Assembly: GCA_044229665.1 (NCBI GenBank)
Contig: JBGASN010000004.1
Span: 57,836 to 121,835, forward strand
DNA length: 64,000 nucleotides
DNA from: Holophagaceae bacterium
GTDB lineage: Bacteria > Acidobacteriota > Holophagae > Holophagales > Holophagaceae
Direction: 5' to 3'
Part shown: positions 25,774 through 34,306 of the stretch, piece by piece
How positions within the stretch are numbered: position 1 is the stretch's first letter
How the letters are laid out: each line of letters starts with the position of its first letter
Notes under the pieces: model-generated
What the model saw: only the letters and a program-made list of their open reading frames with translations
Databases searched by the model: none
Told to the model about the DNA's origin: nothing
Program-made: the position numbers and the translations under genes

Positions 25774-28232
25774 GGCAGCGCGAGGATGGCCTCCAGAGCC
25801 AGGTCCCTCCCGGCCGTCCAGGCCTCGTAGCTGGGCGCCACGAGGAGGGCCGGCGCGATCCAGAGGCTGCGGTCGGTGGGGTCGGCACCTTGGAAGTACC
25901 GGGAGGACACGAAGGCCCGGAGCCCGGAGAAGGGGAGCTGCACGGGCGAGGCCTCCCCCGCGAAGTTGGGGGCGCTGCCGGTGGGCTCGCCCACGAAGGT
26001 GGCCCGGGTCTCCCGCGCCAGATCCGCGGCCGCGTTCATCCCCGCCGAAAAGGTGGCCCGCCCCGTGATGACGAAGAGGTGCCCCGGCTGGTTCAGCCAC
26101 TCGGAGCCGCGGAGCGCCGCCACCATGGGCTTGTTGTGGACGTTGTTCCCGCCGCTGTTGGCACTGAGATCCACGATGAAACGCTTCACCTTGCGCGCCT
26201 CGGCCTCCCGGACGACCCGAGGCCAGAACGCGCCGGGCGCCTCCTTCTCCTTCCGGCACTGGTTGTACCGCACCACCAGGGTGCCGGCGGCCGGCAGGTG
26301 CTCCTCCGCATAGGCCCGCTCCCGCTGGCGCAGGAGGCTGGGCGCCCTGGCCTCCCGCCACTGGGGGCTGAGGTCGGGGGCCAAGGCCGCCAGGGTCAAG
26401 GTCTCCTCGCGCCCAGCCTGGGCGAAGGTGATCGTGGCCCGATCCGCGGAGGGCGAGAGTCCCAGCGCCTGGAGGATGGCGGGCACCTGCAGCCGGTCCG
26501 GCAGCAGGTGCTTCACCCACATGGGGTTCTCCCGGCTGATGGTCGTCGTGAGGCGCTCCAGGGCCTCGGCCACCGGCACCCCGTCAACCGCCACCACACG
26601 GGCCCCCAGGAGGCGGGTGTGCTCCGAGGTGGTGGCCACCACCCGCATGCCCTCCGGGAAGAGGTAAAAGCGGAGGGGGAGCGCGGGCAGCTTCAATTCC
26701 GGCAGCGGCATCCCCTGGCTGTAGGGGAACTGGGTGGGGACGGGGGGCAGCAGGGCCGTGTGCCCATCCCCGACGAGGGCCAGGAGCTGAGTCATCCGCA
26801 CCACCACCTGGGCGTCGGTGAGGCTGGGCAGATCGCGCGTCAGGCGCTCGGCCTCCGCATCCAGGCGGAGCGGGTCCACGTTGGCTCCCAGGTGCACGTG
26901 CTTGCGCTTGAGCTCCTTCATGAGCCACCCGAGGTCGTGGGTCCAGCGGGCGGTGCGGTCAAAGGTCCCCTGGGGTCGTCCCCCCAGGAGGGTCTGGAAC
27001 CGGGGCTCCCCGCTCAAAGCGGCGAGATCCTTCTCCTCCAGGGCCCCGGGAAGGTCTTCATAGCCCGAGCGGACCGCCCCCTCGAGGGCCTCCAGGGCCG
27101 CCTCCCGCCTTCCCCCCAGCGCCAGGCAGCCCGCCTCGTAGAAGCGCATGGTGCCGGGCTGGTGCCCCAGGTCCGCGGCCCGGCGGTAGGCCTCGGCGCC
27201 CCGGGCGAAGTTGCGGGTCTCGTAGCAGGCGTCGCCGAGGGTGGCCCAGGCGGCGCCCACGTGGGGGTTCCCCTGGGTGAAGGTCCCGAGGAGCCGGAGT
27301 GCCTCCGGCCACTGCTGGGCTTCAGCGGCCGCGAGACCCCGGCGCAGCAGCTCGGGGGCGCTCACCCCGGTCACCGGCGCGGTTGCCGCGGGCTCGGGGA
27401 CCTGGGCCCGGGCCACGAGACCCGCCACGGCGGCATTCCAGGCCTCCGGGGTCACCTGCGTGACCTCGTTCAGCTCGAACTTGAAGTCGGTCCAGGCGGG
27501 ATTGTCCGCCTGCGGGTGCTCGAAGGACTCCCAGTACCCCTCGGCCTTGTTCACCAGCAGGATGCCCTCGCGCCCCTGGAAGGCGGATCCCGCCACGAGG
27601 TACTTCCGGCAGGCCCGGCCTCGGTGCAGGGCCTCACCCACAAAGCGGAAGGTGACGGTTCCCCGGTAGGGGAAGGCCCCCGGGTGGAGCCCTGGTCCCT
27701 TGATCTGGCTGCCCATGTAGGCGAAGTCCGGATCCGCGACGCCCAGCTCCACCCCCTGCTCCGGGTTGCGCAGGAAGGGCCAGATGACGTTGGCCCCGAT
27801 GAAGTCGAAGTTGTAGACCACCAGGGGGTAGTGGCCCACCTGGGCGGGTGCGGTCACCCCGTTGAAGGTGGCGGTGTAGGTGTGCCGGGTGGGGTCGAGG
27901 CGGACCTCCGCTTGGAGGTTGGGTTCGCCGCTCTCCAGGCGGTTCCAGGACCTCATCGCCTTCACGGTGAAGGTGGTCCAGTCCATCTCGGCCTGCACCC
28001 GGGCCAGGTTGCGGCCCCCGTTTTCCACCTTCACCACGTCGAGGGTGCCGGGTCCCGCCACCCGGACCCGCACCTCGATGGCGTGGGAGCCATCCCGGTT
28101 GGACTTGGTGTAGTGCAGCACGCGGCCCACCGGGACCTTGGCGGGATCGAAGGCGAAGGCGGCCGCACTGGACGTGGGGGTCTGGGCGGCGAGTCCGAGG
28201 CCGAGGAGGCAAGGCAGGAAGCTGATGCGCAT
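25770..28232 (-). CDS. Secreted multidomain protein: unknown N-terminal domain, TPR region, C-terminal S41 (tail-specific protease-like) peptidase domain
   Basis: Signal peptide MRISFLPCLLGLGLAAQ. TPR-like helical repeats (AWATLGDACYETRNFARGAEAYRRAADLG...). The C-terminal part (VVAVDGVPV...FIVDLSANSGGN...ITGRATFSAGMNAA) resembles S41 peptidases. GGAG RBS 5 nt upstream. Confidence 0.7.
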   Translation of the reverse strand: MRISFLPCLLGLGLAAQTPTSSAAAFAFDPAKVPVGRVLHYTKSNRDGSHAIEVRVRVAGPGTLDVVKVENGGRNLARVQAEMDWTTFTVKAMRSWNRLESGEPNLQAEVRLDPTRHTYTATFNGVTAPAQVGHYPLVVYNFDFIGANVIWPFLRNPEQGVELGVADPDFAYMGSQIKGPGLHPGAFPYRGTVTFRFVGEALHRGRACRKYLVAGSAFQGREGILLVNKAEGYWESFEHPQADNPAWTDFKFELNEVTQVTPEAWNAAVAGLVARAQVPEPAATAPVTGVSAPELLRRGLAAAEAQQWPEALRLLGTFTQGNPHVGAAWATLGDACYETRNFARGAEAYRRAADLGHQPGTMRFYEAGCLALGGRREAALEALEGAVRSGYEDLPGALEEKDLAALSGEPRFQTLLGGRPQGTFDRTARWTHDLGWLMKELKRKHVHLGANVDPLRLDAEAERLTRDLPSLTDAQVVVRMTQLLALVGDGHTALLPPVPTQFPYSQGMPLPELKLPALPLRFYLFPEGMRVVATTSEHTRLLGARVVAVDGVPVAEALERLTTTISRENPMWVKHLLPDRLQVPAILQALGLSPSADRATITFAQAGREETLTLAALAPDLSPQWREARAPSLLRQRERAYAEEHLPAAGTLVVRYNQCRKEKEAPGAFWPRVVREAEARKVKRFIVDLSANSGGNNVHNKPMVAALRGSEWLNQPGHLFVITGRATFSAGMNAAADLARETRATFVGEPTGSAPNFAGEASPVQLPFSGLRAFVSSRYFQGADPTDRSLWIAPALLVAPSYEAWTAGRDLALEAILALP

Positions 28233-28243
28233 GGGAACTCCGG

Positions 28244-28870
28244 TCAGGCCCTGAGCAGGCGGATGAGGGGATCGAGGTTGGCCTGGAGGCGCCCGAGGAA
28301 GGCCTCCACGGACACGATGGGGGTGGACTCGGCGATGGCGCCGTTGAACACGAGGAGGATCAAGATCGCGGCCTCGTCCGGAGTCACACGGGCCGTCAGC
28401 TCGCCCGAGGACTGACCGCGGGCCACCGCCTCGGCGGCATGCCTGAGCATGTCCCCGCAGGCGGCCTGTTCGGCGGCCTGAAGGGCCGGACTGGTGGCCA
28501 GGTGCGCCCCCACGGCCTCGAAGAGTTCGGGATGGGCCCGCATCTGCCCGGCCACGAGCTCGGTGAAGGCGCCCAGGAAGGCAACCAGGTCCCTGTGCGG
28601 CTGGCCCAGGCTGCGCGCCACCTCCTGTCGGAGCTGGACGTAGTAATCCACCAGCAGGTGTTCCTTCGTGGGGAAGTGGTTGAAGAAGGTGCCCAGGGCC
28701 ACCCCGGCCGCGGCCGTGATGTCGCGGACGGTGGTGCCTTCGTAGCCCTTTTCATGGATGAGGGCGAGGGCCACCCGGTAGATTCGGGACCGATCCTCGG
28801 CCTTGCGCCGGGCCCGGAGGGAGGGGGTTGAGTTGATCACGTTCACATTATGAACACGTTCAACTTTCAA
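28244..28870 (-). CDS. TetR/AcrR-family transcriptional regulator
   Basis: HTH region RIYRVALALIHEKGYEGTTVRDITAAAGVALGTFFNHFPTKEHLL. Start uncertain: TTG at 28870, or in-frame GTG at 28846 or 28840. 11 nt upstream of the S41-like gene. Confidence 0.85.
   Translation of the reverse strand: MKVERVHNVNVINSTPSLRARRKAEDRSRIYRVALALIHEKGYEGTTVRDITAAAGVALGTFFNHFPTKEHLLVDYYVQLRQEVARSLGQPHRDLVAFLGAFTELVAGQMRAHPELFEAVGAHLATSPALQAAEQAACGDMLRHAAEAVARGQSSGELTARVTPDEAAILILLVFNGAIAESTPIVSVEAFLGRLQANLDPLIRLLRA
28833..28865. promoter_or_regulatory. AT-rich imperfect palindrome / direct repeat at the TetR start (candidate operator)
   Basis: GTTGATCACGTTCACATTATGAACACGTTCAAC. The outer arms GTTGA...TCAAC are inverted, and the octamer CACGTTCA occurs twice. 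It is conspicuously AT-rich for this DNA and overlaps the possible start codons of the TetR gene. Confidence 0.35.
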
Positions 28871-28876
28871 TCGGGT

Positions 28877-29611
28877 TTAGCGATCCTCCAGGAGGTGCTT
28901 CAGGGATTCCTCCGCCACCCGTAACCCGAACAGGGCCGGCATATAGGAAATGGTGCCCAGGGGGCGCCGCTCCCGGCCGGGGCCCACATGGGGCACCTGG
29001 TCCAGGGGATTGGGCTCCCGCTTGTTGTCGGCGGGCTCCAGCGAATAGACGCAGCGGATGCCCTTGTGGAGGCCCAGCTTCCGGAGCTTCTTCCGGATGA
29101 TGGCGGCCAGGGGGCACATGCGGGTACGGCTGAGGTCCGCCACGTGGGCATTGGACGCGTCGAGGCGTCCCCCGGCGCCCATGCTGGACACGGTGAAGAT
29201 GCCCCGCTCGTTCGCGGCATGGAGCAGGGCCACCTTGCAGCTCACGGAGTCGATGGCGTCCACCACCACGTCGAAGCCGCCCTCAAGCAGCTCGGGGAGC
29301 GAGTCGGCATTGATGAAGGTGCGGCGGGCGTCCACCAGGCAGTCCGGGTTGATGTCGAGGACCCGGGCCCTGGCCACGTCCACCTTGGCCATGCCCAGGG
29401 TGCTGCGCAGGGCGAAGATCTGGCGGTTCAGGTTGGAGCCGCTCACCACGTCATGGTCGACGAGCCGCAGGGTGCCCACGCCCGCCCGGGCCAGGGCCTC
29501 CACGGCGAAGCCGCCCACGCCGCCGAGGCCGAAGACGGCCACCTTGGCGCCCCGCAGGCGATCCAGGGCCGCTTCACCCAGCAGCAGCTCCGTGCGCGAA
29601 TACCACCTCAT
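28877..29611 (-). CDS. tcdA: tRNA threonylcarbamoyladenosine dehydratase (ThiF/E1-like)
   Basis: Colinear from memory with E. coli TcdA/CsdL (VAVFGLGGVGGFAVEALARAGVGTLRLVDHD.V..SNLNRQI.AL....G.AK......R...INP.C.V...........VVDAIDSV..K.AL......). The start overlaps the tatD stop (ATGA). Confidence 0.88.
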   Translation of the reverse strand: MRWYSRTELLLGEAALDRLRGAKVAVFGLGGVGGFAVEALARAGVGTLRLVDHDVVSGSNLNRQIFALRSTLGMAKVDVARARVLDINPDCLVDARRTFINADSLPELLEGGFDVVVDAIDSVSCKVALLHAANERGIFTVSSMGAGGRLDASNAHVADLSRTRMCPLAAIIRKKLRKLGLHKGIRCVYSLEPADNKREPNPLDQVPHVGPGRERRPLGTISYMPALFGLRVAEESLKHLLEDR

Positions 29612-30372
29612 GCCGTTCCTCTCCCGAAGAGGCGGGTGCCGTTGGCCCAGGTCAGGGCCGCCACCGCCTCCACCGATTCTCCCCGGAAACGGGCCAGGGC
29701 CTGAAGGGTCTCGCCCACCTGGGCCGGCTCGGAAGGACCGCCGCCGGGCCCCTGGTCCGGCGTGTCGGACTCCACCAGGAGGCGATCGGCCCGGACCGCG
29801 GCCACCACCTCAGGCGCCTTGCGGTTCCCCGGGCGTGCCACTCCGGCGGCGAAGGAGAGGTGGAGTCCCAGGTCCTGGAACACCCGGGCCATCTCCGCGC
29901 TCCCGGAAAAGGCGTGGATGAGGCCACCCGCCTCGGGAACCCCCTCCTCCCGGAGGATCTCGGCAAGGCGCCCGTGCGCCTTCACGCAGTGAAGGGCCAC
30001 GGGCCGGTCCAGGCGCCGGGCGAGTCGCAACTGGCACCGCAGGGCCGCCTCCTGGTCGCTCCGGTCCCCCTCGGTCGCGAAATCCAAACCGCATTCACCC
30101 ACCGCTACCGGATGGCGGGAGACCAGGGCCTCCAACCGGTCCGCCCAGTCGCCGGGGGCGCCGGGCACCCTCCAGGGATGCAGCCCCAGCATGGGCCGGA
30201 CCTGGGGGTACGCCTCGGCCAGTGCCAGCACCCGAGGCCAGTCCGATGGGCTCGTCCCGCAGCAGACCACACCGGCCACCCCGGCGTTCCCCGCGCGATC
30301 CAGGAGCCGGCCGACGCCTTCCCCGATCCGGGGATCCTGGAGGTGGGCATGGGCGTCGAACAGGGGGGTCAC
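29608..30372 (-). CDS. TatD-family metal-dependent hydrolase
   Basis: N-terminal FDAHAHL metal motif, GLHPW, ECGLD, H..SG and ESD motifs are characteristic of TatD-type DNases/hydrolases. Confidence 0.85.
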   Translation of the reverse strand: MTPLFDAHAHLQDPRIGEGVGRLLDRAGNAGVAGVVCCGTSPSDWPRVLALAEAYPQVRPMLGLHPWRVPGAPGDWADRLEALVSRHPVAVGECGLDFATEGDRSDQEAALRCQLRLARRLDRPVALHCVKAHGRLAEILREEGVPEAGGLIHAFSGSAEMARVFQDLGLHLSFAAGVARPGNRKAPEVVAAVRADRLLVESDTPDQGPGGGPSEPAQVGETLQALARFRGESVEAVAALTWANGTRLFGRGTA

Positions 30373-30400
30373 GGCCCCAGTCTGCCAGAGCCCGCAGGGC

Positions 30401-30437
30401 GAGGCCCCGGCAGCGGGAGTTCCCGCGCCGGGGCCTC
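30401..30437 (-). terminator. Extended GC hairpin downstream of ccsA
   Basis: GAGGCCCCGG (30401-30410) pairs with CCGGGGCCTC (30428-30437). An inner CGGGA/TCCCG helix extends the stem. It lies 14 nt after the ccsA stop on the minus strand and has no clear T-tract. Confidence 0.5.
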
Positions 30438-30450
30438 ATGCAGAGCGTGC

Positions 30451-32286
30451 TCAGCCCTTGGGCAGGGGCAGGATCTTGCTCCGCCAGGACTGGGGCGGCA
30501 CGAAGGCGATGCCCATGACGAACAGTTCGAACAGGATGAAGCCCATGAGGGCGTAGAAGGCCTGATCCATGAAGCCGTAGGAGTGGAGGCCGATGCCCAG
30601 CATGTTCACCCCGAACCAGGAGAGGCTCGTGATGATGCTGCCGAACACCGCCATCACCATGAGGCCGCGGTCGCGGATGAGGCCGGCCCAGCGGGCGTGG
30701 AGGATCAGGGCGTTCCAGAGCACGATCAGCAGCGCGCCGTTCTCCTTGGGATCCCAGCCCCAGAAGCGGCCCCAGCTCTGGTCGGCCCAGATGCCGCCGA
30801 GCACGGTGCCCACGAAGCTGAAGAAGAGGGCGAAGCAGATCACCCCGTAGGCGGACTTCACGAGGATCCCCGCCTCCTCCTTGGTGAAGGTGGAGGAGAA
30901 GAGGCCCCGGAAGACCCAGATGTGGGCCAGGAGGCCCGCCAGGAAGGTGGCGCTGTACCCGATGGTGATGGTGGTGACGTGGGTGGCCAGCCAGAAGTTG
31001 CTGTCCAGCACCGCCACCATCACGCCCATGGTGTCGCCATTGCCCGTGAGGCTCTGGGCGATGACCAGGGTCGCCGCGCCCACCACGCTGCCGCCCAGGG
31101 CCGCGAAGCCCCGCTTGCTCCAGCGCTCGAAGGGCACGGCCAGGAGCACCGCGAACCAGCCGATGAAGACAGCCGAAGAGTAGAGGTTGGTGACCGGGGG
31201 ACGGCCCTCCAGGTACATGCGGGTCACCATGCCAAAGGTGTGCAGAGCCAGGGAGCCCAGCATCACCCACCAGCCGGCCTTCTGCAGGGGCTGCTCGTAC
31301 ATGATCCAGGAGAAGCAGTACATGAGGAAGGCGAGCAGGTAGAGCATCGTGGAGATGTAGAAGGGCTCCAGCGCATTGAAGGTCACCTCAAGGCTGGCCT
31401 TGCTGAAGGTGGACTCGGGGAGCCGGTCCTTCGCGATGGCCTGGAGGGTGGCCGTGGCCTTGTCGAAGGCGGCCTTGTCGCCCTGCTTCCAGGCCCAGGA
31501 GGCTTCCGCCAGGGGCAGGATGGAGGGGTGGGGCGAGCCGGACTTGGCGGACTCGAGGAGGGAGTTCCCAACGTTCACCCAGTCGTGCTCCGTGCCGCCC
31601 TTGGCCGGGGGCAGGAAGGAGAAGGAGGCGGCGCCGGCGATGAACTGGTAGCGCTGGATGAAGGGCATCACCCGGTCCATGGCCGCCTGGTCGAAGGGCT
31701 TGTTGGCCTGCTTCGCCTGGAAGGCCTTGGCGCCCTCGGAGAGGGCCGTACCGAAGGCCGAGAGCTCCATGCGGAAGTCCTGGGTGTCCTCCACCTGCAG
31801 GGCGTTCTTCAGCCGCTGGTAGGCGGTGACCTTCTCACCCAGGCTGGCGATGGCGCGCTGGAATCGGTCCCGCACCGCATTCTCGATCTGGTGGGCCTTG
31901 TCGGCCTGCTCCAGGATCTCGTTCATCTTGGGCTTGAGGTCGTTGAAGGAGAAGAAGCGCTGCTCATCGGGGCGCTTGCCCAGCATCGCCACCACGTCGG
32001 CATCGTTGATCATGAAGACCTGGTACTGGTCCGCCAGGTCCGGGTTGAACATGAGGTCCAGCATCCAGGCGTTGGCCGCGATGGTCTTGCCTTCGTGACG
32101 GACCGTCTGCTTGCCGCGGATCATCAGCAGGGTGCTGCGCCCCACGGTATCCAGGGGCTTCACCCGGCCATTGTGCAGGATCGGCAGGGTGCCGAAGGCC
32201 TTGGCGTCCGGCTTGGGCCCCTGGGCCTGGAGCCCCGTGACCGCGAGGACGAGGAGGAGGAGTTGGACGAACCAGGAACGGATCAT
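30451..32286 (-). CDS. ccsA: System II cytochrome c biogenesis protein CcsA/ResC with a long N-terminal periplasmic extension
   Basis: ORF 30451-32361; the ATG at 32286 overlaps the ccsB stop (ATGA). Trp-rich haem-handling motif WADQSWGRFWGWDPKENGAL with flanking conserved His. A signal/anchor and a soluble region of about 330 aa precede the first core TM helix. Confidence 0.88.
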   Translation of the reverse strand: MIRSWFVQLLLLVLAVTGLQAQGPKPDAKAFGTLPILHNGRVKPLDTVGRSTLLMIRGKQTVRHEGKTIAANAWMLDLMFNPDLADQYQVFMINDADVVAMLGKRPDEQRFFSFNDLKPKMNEILEQADKAHQIENAVRDRFQRAIASLGEKVTAYQRLKNALQVEDTQDFRMELSAFGTALSEGAKAFQAKQANKPFDQAAMDRVMPFIQRYQFIAGAASFSFLPPAKGGTEHDWVNVGNSLLESAKSGSPHPSILPLAEASWAWKQGDKAAFDKATATLQAIAKDRLPESTFSKASLEVTFNALEPFYISTMLYLLAFLMYCFSWIMYEQPLQKAGWWVMLGSLALHTFGMVTRMYLEGRPPVTNLYSSAVFIGWFAVLLAVPFERWSKRGFAALGGSVVGAATLVIAQSLTGNGDTMGVMVAVLDSNFWLATHVTTITIGYSATFLAGLLAHIWVFRGLFSSTFTKEEAGILVKSAYGVICFALFFSFVGTVLGGIWADQSWGRFWGWDPKENGALLIVLWNALILHARWAGLIRDRGLMVMAVFGSIITSLSWFGVNMLGIGLHSYGFMDQAFYALMGFILFELFVMGIAFVPPQSWRSKILPLPKG

Positions 32287-33419
32287 GCGGACCTCCGGGC
32301 GGGAATCAGGCGGGCGACGAAGTGCCAGGCGAGCCCCAGGCTGACGATGACGCAGGCCCAATAGGGGATCTGCCAGCCGGGGTTCTCGACCACCTGGAAG
32401 ATGGAGAGGGTGTCACCCTTGCCGAAGGAGGCCTGGAAGAAGGTGCGGCCCCGGTAGCGCAGCGGGTGGTTCATGTAGATCAGCACATCGCGATCCTCCT
32501 TGGTCTCGGGATCCCGCAGGCGCACGAGGCTGGAGAAGTTCTTCGCGATCTCGGTTCCGGCGTACTTGTCGTGCCGGAATTCCTTGAGGGTGATGGTGAA
32601 GGGCATGTAGTTGCGCCACTGCCGCAGACCGACGCGGTAGACCTTGCCATCGATCTGCACAGGCTGGGGTTCCAGCACCGTGGAGAAGAGCCAGGTGCCC
32701 AAGGCCTCCCCCTTGGCAGACTTCAGCTCCGCATACACCGAGGGGATGTTCTGCTCTTCGGACGGGGCCGGATCCGCGGGTTGGGCCACCACCTGGGTGC
32801 CGGCTCCCGCATTGGCGCGGCTCTTGGCGGCCAGGAAGGGCGCCGTGAGCACCTTGGAGTTGCGGTGGTACTCCACGATGTTCACCGAGGCGGGCAGCTT
32901 GGCGTCCTGGATCAGGCCGCCCTGCACCACCCGGGCGGGGGCGATGCTGGTGACCGTGTCCTCGGTGGCGCCCTCCTCGATGAAGACAAGCTCGGCATGG
33001 CGGTTGGACTCGGCGTAGTTCATGGTCTGGCCGACTTCCACCGGCATCATGGTCTCCACCTGGAAGCCCCCGGCCACGAACTCGCCCATGAACAGGACGA
33101 TGAGGCCGATGTGGGAGAGCCAGAGCCCGGCGTTCCGCCAGGAAGGCTGCAGCCGGACGAACATGGCGGCCGTGAGGTTCACGAGCAGGAGGGACCCGAC
33201 CAGGGCGCCCCCTGGGAACACCGGGATCTCCCAGCTGGCGGAAGCGGGGCCCCACCACACCAGGAAGCTGCGCATGTAGACTTCCACGGCGCGGAAGATG
33301 CCCAGGTTCACCTGGGCCAGGGTGCAGGCCACCACCAGGCCCATCAAGAGGGCCAGGAGGACGATGGTGAGCTGGAGCGAGGCCAGCGGCTTGAGGTAGG
33401 GCTTGAGTGTGTTAAGCAC
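32283..33419 (-). CDS. ccsB: System II cytochrome c biogenesis protein CcsB/ResB
   Basis: N-terminal TM pair, large periplasmic loop and a C-terminal TM. FTITLKEFRHDKYAGTEIAKNFSSLVRL...YMNHPLRYRGRTFFQASF is the conserved ResB pattern as I recall it. Confidence 0.85.
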   Translation of the reverse strand: MLNTLKPYLKPLASLQLTIVLLALLMGLVVACTLAQVNLGIFRAVEVYMRSFLVWWGPASASWEIPVFPGGALVGSLLLVNLTAAMFVRLQPSWRNAGLWLSHIGLIVLFMGEFVAGGFQVETMMPVEVGQTMNYAESNRHAELVFIEEGATEDTVTSIAPARVVQGGLIQDAKLPASVNIVEYHRNSKVLTAPFLAAKSRANAGAGTQVVAQPADPAPSEEQNIPSVYAELKSAKGEALGTWLFSTVLEPQPVQIDGKVYRVGLRQWRNYMPFTITLKEFRHDKYAGTEIAKNFSSLVRLRDPETKEDRDVLIYMNHPLRYRGRTFFQASFGKGDTLSIFQVVENPGWQIPYWACVIVSLGLAWHFVARLIPARRSA

Positions 33420-34014
33420 GGCGCAACGTCCCCAACAGTTGGACGAGGCCGGGCTTGGCCTTGTCCACGGCCCCGGCGGGACCGGTCAACTTGAAGAACC
33501 AGCTGGTGCCGCCATCCACGAGGATGACGCCCACCATGCGACGGCCCTTCTGGGCGCCATCGCCATCGAATTCCACCATCGTGGCGGGCCCCAGGGGGGT
33601 CTTCACCGGCTTGGCCAGCCCCTGGAGGGAGGTCACGTTGCCGAGCCCCATCTGGCCGCGCCAGCGGTTCACGTTGGCCACATCCCCCCCCGCCTCGCCG
33701 GCGAGGGAGATCACCGTGCACTCGGCCTGGCCCGGCAGGCTGTAGCTGGCCACGCGGAAGCCGGAACCGGCTTCCCGCTTCCATCCCGCGGGGTCCTTCC
33801 AGTCCATGGCCGTGGAAGCCGGGGCCTGGCTCGGATCCGGGGCCATGGGGCCACCGGCGGGGGCGCCGTGGCCCTCCCCCGGAGCGTGGTTATGCCCCTC
33901 GTGGGACTCCGCCGCGGCGGATTTCGGGGCCTCCTTGGGAACCTTGTAAACGCTCACATCCGAAGAATTAGAGCATCCAAGCAACGCGAGGGGGAGGAGC
34001 CATGGGTATCGCAT
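33412..34014 (-). CDS. Lipoprotein with His-rich linker, unknown function, first gene of the ccsBA operon
   Basis: Lipobox MRYPWLLPLALLGCS. His-rich stretch ESHEGHNHAPGEGHGAP. Conserved-looking C-terminal domain (WKREAGSGFRVASYSL...GGDVANVNRWRGQMGL...). Overlaps the ccsB start by 8 nt. Confidence 0.7.
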   Translation of the reverse strand: MRYPWLLPLALLGCSNSSDVSVYKVPKEAPKSAAAESHEGHNHAPGEGHGAPAGGPMAPDPSQAPASTAMDWKDPAGWKREAGSGFRVASYSLPGQAECTVISLAGEAGGDVANVNRWRGQMGLGNVTSLQGLAKPVKTPLGPATMVEFDGDGAQKGRRMVGVILVDGGTSWFFKLTGPAGAVDKAKPGLVQLLGTLRRA

Positions 34015-34164
34015 GGTCTGAATTGTAGAGGGAATCCTCCCGATTCCCAGACTTCATGGGGTGGTTCGAGGATTCCGTCACGTTGGCGCGTGACCTGGAA
34101 CAAATCCCCGCCCGGCGCATCGGGCCATCCCGGAGGGGGTGTCCCACCCTCCGGAACCCGGAAC

Positions 34165-34241
34165 TGGTGGCCCCGATGCGATTCGAACGCATGACCCCGT
34201 CCTTAGGAGGGACGTGCTCTATCCAGCTGAGCTACGGGACC
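34165..34241 (-). tRNA. tRNA-Arg (anticodon CCT)
   Basis: The reverse complement GGTCCCGTAGCTCAGCTGGATAGAGCACGTCCCTCCTAAGGACGGGGTCATGCGTTCGAATCGCATCGGGGCCACCA folds by hand into a cloverleaf. It has a 7-bp acceptor stem, GCTC/GAGC D stem, CGTCC/GGACG anticodon stem with loop CTCCTAA, ATGCG/CGCAT T stem with TTCGAAT loop, and an encoded CCA. Confidence 0.9.
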
Positions 34242-34262
34242 TGAACCCCCAGTTTGACACAA

Positions 34263-34290
34263 CACGGCCGGGGCCTGAGCCCCGGCCGTG
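34263..34290 (-). terminator. Intrinsic terminator-like hairpin after the PLP-enzyme gene
   Basis: Perfect 12-bp stem CACGGCCGGGGC / GCCCCGGCCGTG with a 4-nt loop, 17 nt downstream of the stop at 34307. It is followed on the minus strand by TTGTGT. Confidence 0.7.
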
Positions 34291-34306
34291 CTGAGGTCAG
34301 GCGGCT

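Noticed and set aside
25653-28415. 920-aa ORF on the plus strand
   Set aside because: It is antisense to the signal-peptide-bearing TPR/S41-like gene and the TetR gene, and shows no motifs.
29860-32364. 834-aa ORF on the plus strand
   Set aside because: It is antisense to tatD and ccsA, whose WGWDPKENG and FDAHAHL motifs fix the true coding strand.
34015-34306. tRNA-Arg as a possible integration site for a genomic island or prophage
   Set aside because: I saw no integrase, no direct repeat of the tRNA 3' end and no compositional break on either side. The flanking genes are cytochrome maturation and amino-acid metabolism genes.
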